From NCBI RefSeq assembly GCF_006345805.1, contig NC_043001.1, positions 10,974,001 to 11,038,000 on the forward strand: a DNA stretch of 64,000 nt, given 5' to 3'. Numbering within the stretch: the first letter of the stretch is position 1; each line of letters starts with the position of its first letter. Shown here in pieces: positions 13,316-29,061 of this stretch. A model generated the notes under the pieces. That model was not told the DNA's origin and did not search any database. It saw only the letters and a list, made by a program, of their open reading frames with translations. The translations under genes and the position numbers were made by a program. The DNA is from Octopus sinensis (taxonomy: Eukaryota).

Positions 13316-13634
13316 GACCCGCTTCGGTCATGAATGACCATCGGATTGCTCCTAGAAAGTTACCCTCCGAGGCACAAGTCCGGGCAAGGTTGTTTATGGA
13401 AGACAAGTAGTCGCCTATGCATTCCAGCCTTCCCTCTCCCCGCCACGGATGTTATCCAAGGGGAGGAGAAACGCCGATACAGCTTGGCACCTGTGACGTC
13501 GCAATTCATTTCTACAGGTGAGTGAACTGGAGCAACGTGAAATAAAGTGTCTTGCTCAAGAACACAACACCCAGCCCGGTCCGGGAATCGAACTCAAAAC
13601 CTCGATGTTCTAACCACTGAGCCATGCGCCTTCG
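13316..13634 (-). mobile_element. tRNA-derived SINE, family D (CORE-like segment)
   Basis: Minus-strand head GAAGGCGCATGGCTCAGTGGTTAG...GAGTTCGATTCC, then GTTGTGTTCTTGAGCAAGACACTT; tail hairpin GGTCATTCATGACC. Confidence 0.8.
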
Positions 13635-13744
13635 CATATACATAAAAAAAATATATATATATATACTTAGATATATGTGTGTGTATGTATATATATATAT
13701 ATATATGTATGTATACATACGCACACACGCACACGCATATACGC

Positions 13745-13821
<77 letters not shown>

Positions 13822-14198
13822 AACAGAGAGAGAGAGATTTGACTTTTGATAAACCGTTACCATAGCACGGAATGCGTCGATGAAGGGAAGTTCATTGCTA
13901 TTTGGTTGTCCACAACTGCAACACTATTCAAAAGAATAGAAACTTAAGTCTGGCGTAAGAACATAATAAAACAAACGAATAGGTTATCAGGCACAGCTAT
14001 CATTTCTTCATTAAGAATCTTCAGTGTAGCGTAAACACAGTACAGTCAGGTATGTAGTGTGCAAGGCATCCGTAAGGATTTGCCGCACGTTATCCATCTC
14101 TCAACTCATCAGATTCACCAACTAAAGAAGAGAGCAATGATATGCCTCTGATGAATCAATAGTTTATCAGTGAAATTTCAAATTAGAATTACCAATAT

Positions 14199-14602
14199 AG
14201 GCGCAGGAGTGGTTGTGTGGTAAGTAGCTTGCTTACCAACCACATGGTTCCGGGTTGAGTCCCACTTGGGAAAGTATCTTCTACTATAGCTTCAGGCCGA
14301 CCAAAGCCTTGTGAGTGGATTTGGTAGACGGAAACTGAAAGAAGCCCGTCGTATATATGCATGTATATATATATGTGCGTGTATGTTTGTGTGTCTGTGT
14401 TTGTCCCCCTAGCATTGCTTGACAACCGATGCTGGTGTGTTTATGTCCCCGTAACTTAGCGGTTCGGCAAAAGAGACCGATAGAATAAGTACTGGGCTTA
14501 CAAAGAATAAGTCCCGGGGTCGAGTTGCTCGGCTAAAGGCGGTGCTCCAGAATGGCCGCAGTCAACTGACTGAAACAAGTAAAAGTGTAAAGAGAGTAAA
14601 AA
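14199..14602 (+). mobile_element. tRNA-derived SINE, family B
   Basis: Head AGGCGCAGGAGTGGTTGTGTGGTAAG...GGTTGAGTCC; central GTGAGTGGATTTGGTAGACGGAAACTGAAAGAAG; internal (TA/TG)n; tail GACTGAAACAAGTAAAAG; many copies in the window. Confidence 0.85.
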
Positions 14603-15467
14603 GTATTTCAGAAATGTAGTGAGTGGGACTGTAATTAGTCGATGAGGAGGGTGAGTAGCAGAATAAGGTTGTAAATCATAGAATAGTTAAAAGCCGAAGC
14701 CATCCTAAAGCAGTCATTAATCTTCGGGACGTCCCTCATAAGAACTGGTGCTGGCAAAACAGGTCTATACACCAGCTGACTGTAGGCTCCAACCATGGCA
14801 TTTGACCCTATGACAACATTTCTGAAGACAATTGCAGATGTTGTTGTCAAGAAACAACAATATTTACTGTGTTGTGGTGCTTAGTATTTTGAAGTGATAT
14901 GGTTAGTATATTCAATAGTTGCATATTCTTTAACTTCATTCATATCAATTAAATTGAACTGATTAATTATTGCAGAACCATTTTCGGAAGAGAGGAATGG
15001 AAATGAAAGATAAAAGAAAAGAAGATAATTAATATATGGAGATAGCAATAATCATAGATAAATACTTAAATAGAAATAGAATGGCATAAATTTAATTGAG
15101 AAAGTGAACAAGACAGTTAGCGGGGAGAGTGAGTAGGTGTAAACAAGCAAATAAGTGTGTATACTAGAATAATGAAAATAGTTTAGGCAATAATCAGGGT
15201 CAACATTATTGATATAAATTTGTTATTTATCGAAAGATGAGTTGTATTGCTGTTATCAAGTTACGAGTCCAAACGGTTAAAAATTAACAGAAAAACAAAA
15301 AACAGAACCGATATTTCCAATAAAAAAAACGAAAAACCTGAAACCCTAGGTTGTTGTTCACCAATATCGTCACAATAGTATTGAGAATAAAGCAAAATCA
15401 AAATCTGCAGTGGATTCTCAACGAACATTTTATTGTATCAAGGCATTTTCAATGTGGAGTGGTGGAA

Positions 15468-15846
15468 GCACTCCGTCGGATACGGCGATGAGGGTTCCGG
15501 TTGATCCGAATCAACGGAACAGCCTGCTCGTGAAATTAACGTGTAAGTGGCTGAGCACTCCACAGACACATGTACCCTTAACGTAGTTCTCGGGGATATT
15601 CAGCGTGACACAGAGAGTGACAAGGCCGGCCCTTTGAAATACAGGTACAACAGAAACAGGAAGTAAGAGTGAGAGAAAGTTGTGGTGAAAGAGTACAGCA
15701 GGGATCACCACCATCCCCTGCCGGAGCCTCGTGGAGCTTTTAGGTGTTTTCGCTCAATAAACACTCACAACGTCCGGTCTGGGAATCGAAACCGCGATCT
15801 TATGACCGCGAGTCCGCTGCCCTAACCACTGGGCCATTGCGCCTCC
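15468..15846 (-). mobile_element. SINE family A copy
   Basis: Reverse complement of 443-820 over its full length. Confidence 0.9.
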
Positions 15847-15966
15847 AATATTTTCATTGTATTAGTCAAAAGAAGAGAGGTTTGCTCTTTAATGAATTAC
15901 CGTTTTCGCTCCATGATTTAATCTGGAAAATACATTTGTCATTACAGGTCTCACTTTAACTGTCTC

Positions 15967-16187
15967 CTTTACTCTTTTGCTATTTTACTTGTTTCAGTCA
16001 GTTGACTGCGGCCATGCTGGAGCACCGGCTTTAGTCGAGCAAATCGACCCCGGGACTTATTCTTTTTTGTAAGCCCAGTACTTATTCTATCGGTCTCTTT
16101 TGCCGAACCGCTAAGTGACGGGGACGTAAACACACCAGCATCGGTTGTCAAGCAATGCAAGGGGGACAAACGCAGACACACAAACAC

Positions 16188-16220
<33 letters not shown>

Positions 16221-16391
16221 CATATATACGACAGGCTTCTTTCAGTTTCCGTCTACCAAATCCACTCACAAGGCTTTGGTCAGCCCGAGGCTATAGTAGA
16301 AGGCACTTGTCCAAGGAGCTAAGCAGTGGGACTGAACCCGGAACCATGTGGCTGGTAAGCAAGCTACTTACCACACAGCCACTCCTACGCC
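15967..16391 (-). mobile_element. SINE family B copy
   Basis: Full-length reverse match to 14199-14602. Confidence 0.85.
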
Positions 16392-16596
16392 GATTTGCTG
16401 TATATTATTTCATTTAATTAAATAAATACTAACTGCAATAATCTTCCAATAACATCGGAGCAGCTAAATCCTCCGAGGAGAAACTCCCAGCTCCTTTTTC
16501 TTTGTTTTATATCATACCATATCCTTAGACAGTCTTGAACCCATAACAAATCCGAAGCCTCACCATCAAGCAGATGCGAACTAAATGTCGGTATAT

Positions 16597-16995
16597 TATG
16601 TATATATAAAAGTGAAGTTGTGTGTCTGTCTCCTACGATTTAGATTCCTAACTACTCCCATATTTTGCGGTGCAGTGTAACCAAAACCGGGTATCTTATA
16701 GTCGTGATTCATATCGAGCCCTTCTGGGTATTAGCGCGCGTCTACGATGAGTCTACGATTTAAAAAAAAATTACCATCATTTTTTCCCATTTTTAATGCA
16801 TGTTTTGGCTATTATATAAGGGAAGTAACTCTCTAAAAATGTATTATTAAATCTCAGAACGTAAAAAGCTACAGTAACACCCACCCCCCATTTGTTGTTA
16901 GCCATATTGAGATGGCTATTATACTTTACATCTCTAAAAATGCTTATATAGTTATTTCCCTTACAAACCCGAGCAACGCCGGGCGATACTGCTAG
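16597..16995 (+). mobile_element. Non-autonomous Helitron, family H1
   Basis: Collinear with 4876-5267; ends CCCGAGCAACGCCGGGCGATACTGCTAG|T; the 5' TC is mutated. Confidence 0.85.
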
Positions 16996-17364
16996 TTATG
17001 TATATCTCTGACCGTCACTATCCTGATGATCTTACCGTCGCAGCTCATTTAATCATTAATCAATTTGAGTTTTCGAGTTCTCTTCCTTGACTTCCTTCAC
17101 AAAATATGCCATTAACAATGATAGCATGTCTCTTCATTACGGCTTTAATTTCAGCAGGTTATGCTTAATTTAGGTTTCCTCGCTAATTATGTGAGCCCAA
17201 GTCTAAATACGTTCTTCATGCATAAGGCACTCTTTGACAAATTTCCAATATATTCCACTCGTTACCTCCCCACAGTAAACTTATATATTATTCCCGAATT
17301 CTTCAGATTTTACATTCTCTTGTTTCTTTCTTCGTTCACTCAAATTTTCATCTCTAGCTCGTGT

Positions 17365-17366
17365 TC

Positions 17367-17446
<80 letters not shown>

Positions 17447-17447
17447 A

Positions 17448-17512
<65 letters not shown>

Positions 17513-17593
17513 ACTATCTATCTACCTATCCATCTATCTATCTATCTATCTATCTATCTACCTATCTATCTATCTATCTATCTACCTACCTAC

Positions 17594-17656
<63 letters not shown>

Positions 17657-17690
17657 CTTGCCTGTCTGTCTCTTTCAATCCGTCTATCTG

Positions 17691-17730
<40 letters not shown>
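17365..17730. repeat. (TCTA)n then (TC)n microsatellite
   Basis: Direct inspection. Confidence 0.95.
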
Positions 17731-17732
<2 letters not shown>

Positions 17733-18307
17733 GCTCTCTCTTACCCCTCTCTCTTTGGCTATCGGTTTCTATTTTTCTTTCTCCTCTCCTCTCCACTCCA
17801 CTGTTTTATGTTGCTTCTCCCTTTTCCTTTCCTGTACTCTCTCTCTCTCCCTCTGTCACTCTCACTATCTCTCCCCCCATTCCCCCATTTAATCTTAACC
17901 ATTCACTGCTGTACATATCTTCTGCAATCTTTCCTATTACATTTATATAATCCTTACTCTCCTTTCTTTGTCACTGTATTTTACTCTCCGCTTTTCAGTC
18001 TTATAAGTTCGTTCCCTGCTTTAGTCAGTTTCTCTTAACCCACCGTTTTCTCTCATAAAATTTTCTCTCATTCTAACACTCTCTTTATCTTTAACAAGTT
18101 TACTCTTTCTCTTCAAAGCTCTTTCCTTCTATATTTCATTCATTTTTCATTCTGTTTTCCTTATTGCTCCTTCCTATTTATTCTTTTAACACTTCACCTT
18201 TATTGCATTCAATATTTTCCTCCATCCTTTGTTCCCTCCAATTCTCGCACTACTTCCCCCATTCGCCCTCTGTTTTCACACACACACACACACACACACA
18301 ACACACA

Positions 18308-18360
<53 letters not shown>

Positions 18361-18968
18361 CATAAACATACATGTATGTATATGTCTACTTCAGCATCTC
18401 AGAAATCCTCGTCATCCCTCGCCATTCTCTCCTCTCCTTCTACCGATTTTAAAAATTACTTTTCTCTCCAACGCCCATAAATCTCAACCCTCTCATTTTA
18501 CCCACATTCATCTCTGATCTCTTCCTTTCCCCCATACTGTACTTTACTATCAGTCTCTTCTCTCCTTCGCTTAAATTCTTTCGTCTTACTCTTTCTAACA
18601 CTTAGCTCAAGAGAAGCACAAATATGATTGTATGTACGTATATGTATGTGTGTAAGTATGTGAGTGTGTGAATGAAAGACTTATGCATACACCTATATGC
18701 TCACAGATACCCATACACACACTTACATCCACATACACTTCTCTGCCAAGCTTTCCTTCTTTCATTCATTTCACAACTCTTTATAAACGAATGTTGAAAC
18801 TCTCTGATTCGCTCTTCGTCACCTCTGTTCAGATAACACTTTTAATCAGATTCTCATCCACGTACGCGACAAACCAAACTGCCACCTTTTCCCCCTCTTA
18901 TACATACGTATACGTACATATGCGCGTGTGTGTGTGTGTGTGTGTGTGTGCCTGTATAGAAATGTATT

Positions 18969-19017
<49 letters not shown>

Positions 19018-19086
19018 GTATATGTGCATATATGTATATATGCATGTATATACTGATGTATATGTACATGTGTATATATATATATA

Positions 19087-19140
<54 letters not shown>

Positions 19141-19291
19141 GATATATATTTATGCATATACATATATACATATATATGTATACACATATGTGTTTGTGTG
19201 CTGATGTGTATAGATAAATATACCTGCATACAAATACATATATATATATATATACACACACACTCATATATATAGATATATTTATGTACGT

Positions 19292-19322
<31 letters not shown>

Positions 19323-19931
19323 TATATATATATATCTATAAATATATATACGTATATATATATATATATATGTATTATATAAGTATGTGTGTGTGTGTGC
19401 GCTCGCGCGCTCGCACACACAAATAAGTGTCAATTTATACAAAGAAACCTTAATATACATATATAGAGAAATACACGTATGTATTTGTGCACATATATAT
19501 ATATAAGTAAATCTATTATTTGTGTATATATAAATTTTTAGGTGTATGCATACATATATATATATGTATGTATGCATGTATATATATATATATACACATA
19601 TATATGCATATATATATATGCATATATATATATATGCGTAGACACACTATATGATATATATGTGTGTGTATGTGTGTGTGCGCGTGTGTGTGTGTGTATG
19701 AAAGCAAAGTGACACACTCATAGACAGGCACATAGAAAGCCCCTTTCTTTAATCCCGCTGCCATATTGCAATAAACTGAGATGGTGCAGATAGCTTATCA
19801 GCAACATTGATAAGACTATTTTTATCTATCAGTAGTTAAGTATTCCAACTAAACTACACCAGAACATTGCCACTTATCTATGGTGTACCACCAGCATCAG
19901 CACCAGCACCAGCACCACCACCACCATCACC

Positions 19932-19964
<33 letters not shown>

Positions 19965-20096
19965 ACTGCAACAAATTACTCAATCTCTCTCTTCCATCAA
20001 CATAGTTTCGTTTTCCCTATCTTACATTCTTTCACCATCTCTTCGTATCTATTTCTCACAGTGTATATTTATATATACATTAATGAGAGAGTGAAT

Positions 20097-20140
<44 letters not shown>

Positions 20141-20269
20141 AGTATATGTATATACACGTATATTTGTGTTTGTGTGAGTAAGAGAGTGATAGAACATCTT
20201 AGAATGATTATTATACATCCGTGTAGATGTACGTGAATGTCATAAAGACATATGCACACGTGTATATGA

Positions 20270-20314
<45 letters not shown>

Positions 20315-23312
20315 TGTGTGTGCATAAGCATACCTAGATAATACATATAAATCCATGCATATCTATATTTCTATGCTGGTGTACACACACACACACACAA
20401 ACACACACACACGTGATTAAATAAATCCAAACGCAGATATACACATATACACAGATATATGTATGTGTGTGTGTGTGTGTACATGTGAATATACATGTGT
20501 ATGCGTATTTCTTTGGCTTAAGTGTGGAGATAAATATTCATACTTATTGGATACATCTCAGACGTCTTTCATTAACAATGTTACGTGCTTCGACGGAAAA
20601 AATTTTTATAAACCTTATGTAATCTCCGGGGATTGCATAACAGTCGTTATGCAGGAGTGATGCACTTGTTACTGCTATGAACCCTAACACTTCGGCTTAG
20701 AAAAGGTTCTGTAAAAGATGGCATAAACTTTGTTCAAGCCTTGGTCTTTCAATTAATATTAACAGCAATACCAAGACAATTAATTGTCATAATAACTCAT
20801 TAGATATCGACACTGGTTTCCAGTATATATTTCATAAAGCTAACGGAGGGTCTAATACATACAGAAGTAATCCAAACACTCTGGATCAGTTACTAGTAAT
20901 TGAGTTAAGAATATATCTATTAGGATCTTCAAAATATGCGCCAACAAACTGGCGTTTAACTATAATGCTGATTAGTATAGCCAAGTGCCCAGACAAAGCA
21001 GGCTTGAGGAAAAATATTTTATATTACTAACTTTAAGTAACTATTAGCATGACGACCTGGAATACGTAACAGTTCTACCTATACGTAATAAAAAGGACCA
21101 TATCCTCATCCACATAAATGATATAACAATCTTTCTGATTCTTGAATAAGGGCTGCATTTTTTGAGAGGAGTGAAAAATCGTGTACATCTAACTCAGTGC
21201 TCGACTGATACGTATTTTAATGTCTCCGAAAAGATAAAAGATAAAGATTGACGTTGGCAGAATTTGAACTCGGAATATAAAGAGCCGGAAGAAATAATGC
21301 TAATAGTTTTGTCTGATTCGGTAACGACTACACCAGCTCGCTGCCTTGCATATAAGCCAAAATAATGTTGCCAAAATTTGCCAATTCTGGGAAGGCGGTT
21401 AAGTCGTTAAGACCGATTCCACTGCTCAATTTTATCGACAGCTAGAGGAATGAAAGACAAAGTCGACTTCAGTGAAATTTGAACTCAGATCGTAAAGACG
21501 AAAGCTGCTTAGCATTTTACTAGGTGTGCTAACGAGTCTGCAAACTCTCTGCTTCACACAGAACAAAATAATAATAAAAGTTAACATGTCACGGACAAAA
21601 AAACAAACAAAAAAACATACAGCTAATGCAAATACTGTATCTCATAACCAACAAAACAAAGAGCATGATAATTACTACTCTACAAAACAGCCTGGTGGTA
21701 TGAAGACTATTATTGGCAAACATAATCAGTAATAATTAAGTGAAAAGCGTAGAAAATAAACATAAACTAACTCAACTGCTTTGAATACCAAATGAAATAG
21801 ATATATTTCTATGAAACACATTCTTTCTTACCTAACAATGAAAGATAATTCATTCATGGAATTGTTAACAATTAGCATTCTTATCACAGCTATAAGAATA
21901 TTAAAGACGGAATATAAGAGCGATGGCTATCTCTATATCTCTCCAAGAAGGAGCATCTTCTTCGAATAATACTACTAACACTCTGCCAAAGAGACTTAGA
22001 ATAGTATCTAAGTATTTTAAGACGCTATGAAACCCAGAAGGAAGTTTTAACGGTTTAGCATGAGAGAAGAAATCTAGGAAAAGGTGAACCCACCTGTCTC
22101 TCTAAATACGCCTTGACCAACATTGCAATTATGCATTTTTTTCAAACTCTAAGTAAAACTACACCTCCGACACTTGAATATAATAAAACATTTAATATCT
22201 ATACAGTAAAACTAACATACTCAACAACTTTTAATGTGACGGAAAATATAATTATTGTATTAACTCTAAATTGATGACTACACTAATAGTGGGGGTGACC
22301 TGCTAAGACCAAATAACACCTTTATTCGTAGTAAATTCATATGAACAGGTAGCATTTATATAGAGAGACATATTTGCACAGTAACATATATATATAAATA
22401 TATATTTGCAGGATAAAAATCGAGTAAGAATAAATATCAGCTGTGCATAGTGTTAAAAATGTTAGCTTTATTTAAAATTTGATATAGATATAGACTTATA
22501 GATGCTTTCATAAAACGTATTAACTCGGATATTGGGTGTAAATTATTTAGGAAAGATATCGGGTGTAAACTGTGTAGAATAAAGAAACGCTAAGAGATTA
22601 AAAAATGTAAATAACGGCATAAATTTAGATTGTAAGGTGATAATTTACGAAAAAGTTATCGCGAAATATTCACTTTCAAGACTTCATGTGTGAGTATGTG
22701 TATGTATTTGTGCCTGTGCGTGCTTGCGTGTGCTCCCACGTGCGTTTGTGTGTGTGAGAGTAAGGGAGTGTGCGTATGAGAGAGAGTAAGAGAGTGTGCA
22801 CGTGTGTTTGTGAACGTGTGAATGTGTGTTTAATGAAGTGTTATTTAACCTAAAAAGTCTACATGTGTATAGATCAAGCGAATAAACATTCGATTCAACT
22901 ACAACTTCGAGGAATGATTATAAGATAACTTAAAATTATACAAATATTTTATCCTATAATTTTAAGATTAAAAAATAGCACGAAACAAGTAGCTTTTGAG
23001 AAAGAAATCTTCAATTAGAATATTTCATAAATCACTATAGTGCATGGTGTGCATGGTTGTTCACTGTATGGTGTAGCGTTAAGAGGGATATCCAAATTTT
23101 AGTTATAACGTATATTCGTATCTTCAATTCTGAAATATGACTTCCAAATGCTGTCACATGATTACAGGGGAAATTCTCAAATGCATGGATAGCAGATACA
23201 CCGAAACATCAAAGAATTGACGGTTAAAGCAATGTAGAAGTAATGCAAATACTAGTCAAGTTTATTTTGACTAGGGTAGAAGATTTAATTATTTTCTTGA
23301 AGTTAGATATAG

Positions 23313-23765
<453 letters not shown>

Positions 23766-24384
23766 ATCAATATTTACTTACATACATAATATGTATGTTT
23801 GTAGATATTTATACATGTGTATGTGTGTGTGTGTTCAGTAACGAATTAAGAACAGCGCTAGTATTGTAAGCATTATCGATGATATTTGCAACATTATCGC
23901 TGCTTTTAAATTGTTTCTGAATTAAATCTTGTGCATGCATCGTCGTGACATACCAGCAAATAGTATTCACACTTTATAAGGCCATAAACAGGCGATTCAT
24001 TTCGTCCCCGCTTCGACTTTTGTATGTACGCGATGTTGATAAGCCACAAAAATGGCGAAATATTGATATCCATCATTCGCTTTGACCAACATTGCAATTA
24101 TGCATTTTTTTCAAACTCTAAGTAAAACTACGCCTCCGACACTTGAATATAATAAAACATTTAATATCTATACAGTAAAACTAACATACTCAACAACTTC
24201 TTGAATGGGATCTGGGGAGTGTGGTTACGCCTATCTGTAACTTTCAGGTGTTTTGATAATGGAGTCGTTCTTGGGATACTTTACCGCAACGAACTGGCGA
24301 ACAAACAAAACATACATTAATAACGTGTAGTTGATAATATCATATATATATAATTGTGTGTATGAGTGTGTATGCGCGTGTATT

Positions 24385-24882
24385 CTTTTCTTTTTAATGT
24401 TTTTACTTGTTTCAGTCATTTAACTGCGGCCATGTGTGTGTGTGCACGCGCGCGTGTGTGTATAAGTATATGTATATTCTCTCTTTTACTCTTTTACTTG
24501 TTTCAGTCATTTGACTGCGGCCATGCTGGAGCACCGCCTTTAGTCGAGCAAATCGACCCCGGGACTTATTCTTTGTAAGCCCAGTACTTATTCCATCGGT
24601 CTCTTTTGCCGAACCGCTAAGTGACGGGGACGTAAACACACCAGCATCGGTTGTCAAGCAATGCTAGAGGGACAAACACAAACACACAAACACACACACA
24701 TACATATATATATACATATATACGACAGGTTTCTTTCAGTTTCCGTCTGCCAAATCCACTCACAAGGCATTGGTCGGCCCGGGGATACAGCAGAAGACAC
24801 TTGCCCAAGATGCCACGCAGTGGGACTGAACCCGGAACCATGTGGTTGGTTAGCAAGCTACTTACCACACAACCACTCCTGC
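24385..24882 (-). mobile_element. SINE family B copy with a duplicated tail segment
   Basis: Full copy 24478-24882 plus an extra tail fragment 24385-24432. Confidence 0.85.
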
Positions 24883-24934
<52 letters not shown>

Positions 24935-25228
24935 TAGACAAGAACAGAACATAAAGCCAAGGCTGTGAGGAATTTGCAGGACATTTATAAGGAAAGAGAT
25001 ATTGTCGCTGCAGTTCTATTATTCGAGTAAAGTGGTTTATAGAAGTGGTAAAAAAACTTTCCCGTACATGGTAAGTTCCAATAGTAGTTCATGTTTAGTC
25101 ATTTCAAAGTACGGAGCTGTGGATTCTGTGTTGCCCATTCGAAAGGGACTTGTGGTGGGAATGGAAATTTGGGAATGTATTTGTAGTATTTGTGGATAGA
25201 CGGGGAGGGGGCGGAGGTGTGTATGATT

Positions 25229-25614
25229 TTTTGAAGCACTCCGTCGGTTACGACGACGAGGTTTCCGGTTGATCCGAATCAACGGAACAGCCTGCTCGTG
25301 AAATTAACGTGTAAGTGGCTGAGCACTCCACAGACACGTGCACCCTTAACGTAGTTCTCGGGGATATTCAGCGTGACACAGAGAGTGACAAGGCCGGGCC
25401 CTTGAAATACAGGTACAACAGAAACAGGAAGTAAGAGTGAGAGAAAGTTGTGGTGAAAGAGTACAGCAGGGATCAGCACCATCCCCTGCCGGAGCCTCGT
25501 GGAGCTTTTAGGTGTTTTCGCTCACTAAACACTCACAACGCCCGGTCTGGGAATCGAAACCGCAATCCTATGACCGCGAGTCCGCTGCCCTAACCACTGG
25601 GCCATTGCGCCTCC
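25229..25614 (-). mobile_element. SINE family A copy
   Basis: Reverse complement of 443-820; GTGTGTATGATT repeated at 25217-25228 and 25620-25631 (probable TSD). Confidence 0.9.
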
Positions 25615-25937
25615 ACAATGTGTGTATGATTAGAATGAGCAGATAACTCAAAATGAAGAGAGGAAGGGTAAATGAGAGGAAGAAAGAGAAAAAGAAAAAG
25701 GATAAAAAAGTAATGATAATAAGAGAGAGAGAGAAAAGAAGAGGGAAAGAGAAAAATGCGTGCTGATACAGGACCCACATTAGATTCCTCACTCGTATCA
25801 CGGTCGAACCAAATGTTTAACTACGGTCTGTCCTTAGCACTTATTTAGCATTACCTGCCACTCTTTGGGTCTTCTAGGTATCAATACCTCTCATACCTTG
25901 TATATATATGTATGTGTATACATATGTATACATATAT

Positions 25938-26135
25938 AGGGAGAGTTCACGAAAAAAAAACAAAAGACGAAGACAGGTGGTGTACAACACAAACAGATGT
26001 ATTAGTATAACGCTCAGGAATTGAAAAAAGTCTTTTACGTTTCGAGCCTATGCTCTTCTACAGAAAGGGATACAGAAAAAATAACAAAGAGAGAAACAAG
26101 GAGAGAAAAAAAATGTGTGTAGTGGCTATCGAGTG
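25938..26135 (-). mobile_element. Family F copy
   Basis: Collinear with 6469-6660. Confidence 0.65.
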
Positions 26136-26655
26136 GACTTCCAAGATACGTTGAAGTGCAATCGAATGTGGTACCAACTGATTATATAACGGACTTATTA
26201 ACTGTGTCTGCATAAACGTGTAGAATTTCTGTGCCTATGTGTGTCTGTTGCTGACTGCATTCCAAGTGCATTTAAAAGGAGATTAAGAAAACTGATTGCA
26301 CGCAAGAAAACTAAATCTAAATAGACGTCAGTTGTGCGTTGGCGCGTACAAGTGCGAACGCATGCACTTGTATTAAATATATAAACAAACATTTTCTTGT
26401 CAATCATGAGATTGCAAACATAAACACAGACACACAGAAATGCACTGGTAAATAGTCTTTCATACATACTTACAATCGTATGTGCATGCGCATACACTGC
26501 CTAACAGAAACATACAGACGCAACTTTTCACATTATCTTCAGAATAGCTTTCAACTTAAATCGCATTTTTTTACATCATAAAATGTTTACGTCATAAATG
26601 TTTACGTCAACGTATGATGGAAATGACTTGGTTATTTAAGTAGAAACAGAGGACA

Positions 26656-26990
26656 AGGCGGCGAGCTGGAAGAATCGCTAGCATAAGGCGGGTAGCTGGC
26701 AGAAACGTTAGCACGCCGGGCGAAATGCTTAGTGGTATTTCGTCTGCCGTTACGTTGTGAGTTCAAATTCCGCCGAGGTTGACTTTGCCTTTCATCCTTT
26801 CGGGGTCGATAAATTAAGTAACAGTTATGCACTGGGGTCGAGGTAATCGACTTGTGGGCAATAAAGAAATAAGAATCGCTAGCATATCGGACAAAATTCT
26901 TACCAGTATTTCTTCTGGTCATTTATGTTATGAGTTCAAATATCGCTGAGGTCAGCTATGCCTTTTATCCATTCGGGGCCAAGGAAATAG
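26656..26990 (+). mobile_element. SINE family C, duplicated head plus tandem degenerate unit
   Basis: Head repeated at 26656-26700; tail GTGGGCAATAAAGAAATAAG joined to a second degenerate unit. Confidence 0.7.
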
Positions 26991-28093
26991 ATTACTAGTC
27001 AAATGCCCTTCTCTCAAAATATTTAGTATGACCTCTGCAACGGATCGGCATCCCGTTGGGAGCGAATATCGGGATACCGGTTAATTGTACGCCATGGAAA
27101 TCAGGTAACCAGCCTTATGTGTTCGATGGCTTGACAAAAGAAAAAAAGGAAGAAAGAGAGAAAAGCTGTACGGTATTTACGTTCATGTTCCTCAGTCAGG
27201 AGTTCAATTTCATGTGAGATATAAATCTACAGTGGTTGTTGCGGTACATCATAGTGGATTTTAGGTTTAGCTTATTTCCTAATGTATTATCCAGGTGAGA
27301 TATGGCTTTCGCAGTGAACAAGAAACCTGACTCTCAGTGCAACGCTCTCTGACATGAACCGAGGTGACATAGAAAGAAATGTACTTCCCAAATACATAAT
27401 GTCACACATACAATTCTGTTTTAGTGATTGATTATTTCTGTATTTCAGAAAATTAATTCGAGTTCGGTCTTAGCAATAAAAACGTGTTAAGCTTAGATGC
27501 TGGGGTAAAAATGCCTGCTTCGTAAATACAAGGTTCCTGGATCGAATTAATAGTTGGATTCCTCAAATAAATATCGTTTCCATAACCTTAGATCAAGCCA
27601 AGTCTTTTTAATGAAAATAAACGAAGCAGAAATTCGAAGGAATTCTAGGAGATTAACAGTATGGCTTTTCGGGTGGCAGATTTAATCCGTTAGCCCGTCG
27701 TCAACTTTAATGCCGATCGAGAACAGAAAACCCTAACAACTAAGCCACGTGACTTCACTCCATTTGGTATCGATGACAAAGACGTGAGAGATTGACAAAG
27801 CCATTGAAGTCTTGAATAGAAAGACTTGCGTCATACGATCCGTCTCTGTATTCAGATGTGATTTCAAATTTTACTAAGGTCACCTTTGCCGTTCACAATT
27901 TCTTGGTCGATAAATAAAGTACCAGATCAGTATCTTTGTCAATTATTTTCTCGATTAAAAACTTTCAAGACTTTAAAAAAAATTTTGAAACTTTTGAAAC
28001 TTTTACATCTGCGAACCTTTAGGCTTCTTTATAACCGTAATATTAACAGGAAAGTTAATCTTCTACTCTTCTGCCTTTATTGTATTCGAGATT

Positions 28094-28494
28094 ACTCTCT
28101 CTTTTACTCTTTTACTTGTTTCAGTCATTTGACTGCGGCCATGCTGGAGCACCGCCTTTAGTCGAGCAAATCGACCCCAGGACTTATTCTTTGTAAGCTC
28201 AGTACTTATTCTATCGGTCTCTTTTGCCGAACCGCTAGGTGACGGGGACGTAAACACACCAGCCTCGGTTGTCAAGCAATGCTAGGGGGACAAATACAGA
28301 CACACAAACACACACACATATATATATATACATACATATATACGACAGGCTTCTTTCAGTTTCCGTCTACCAAATCCACTCACAAGGCATTGGTCGGCCC
28401 GGGGCTATAGCAGAAGACACTTGCCCAAGATGCCACGCAGTGGGACTGAACCCGGAACCATGTGGTTGGTTAGCAAGCTACTTACCACACAGCC
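28094..28494 (-). mobile_element. SINE family B copy
   Basis: Reverse match to 14199-14602. Confidence 0.85.
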
Positions 28495-29061
28495 TTGCTT
28501 TATTTTATTTTATTTCATTTCTCCACTTTATTGTAACTTATCCATTTTTTATTTTATTTTATTTCTTCTCATCTTCATCCCTACCAATCCAAGAGTGCTA
28601 TGTCATCTTACTTTTTCTCAAATGTACCTCTAATACATAAATCTTATAATTTCCCATCGTATTACACTGATTCGACCCAAGCATCTCATTAACGTTACAC
28701 GTATCTGGGGAATATTTAATTGCTTATAATTTATTTCGCAAGTATGAATTTCAGTTGATCGAACAGCAGCGGACTGCTCCTCGTTGAGATCGACGAAGAA
28801 TCCATAAGTGAGGATAAAATAACTAATAGTAAGACAATGAGATTGATTCCTGATAAGAATTCACTCCAAAACTTGACTAAACAAATCGATACCTTTCCAT
28901 ATCATGTAGAAAGAGTTTTCAAATAGAGTTTGAAGCTTTGAATAAGGAGTCCATTACTTGAAACTTGATTCTTGGTTATAGCCATTTCACTTCCTCTAGA
29001 CGCCTAATGTCTTTGAGAAAGCCATAAATATCACACAATCTTACTTCTCATCTTCACTTAA

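Noticed and set aside
14635-14850. Minus-strand ORF with a hydrophobic, GPI-like C-terminus
   Set aside because: No supporting neighbouring exons or homology; could be repeat-derived
17106-17157. Signal-peptide-like exon MPLTMIACLFITALISA- on the plus strand
   Set aside because: Weak donor (GTTATG) and no convincing downstream exon; T-rich DNA often mimics signal peptides
20701-21030. 109-codon stop-free frame
   Set aside because: No start codon, no recognisable domain and a poor acceptor; within chance expectation
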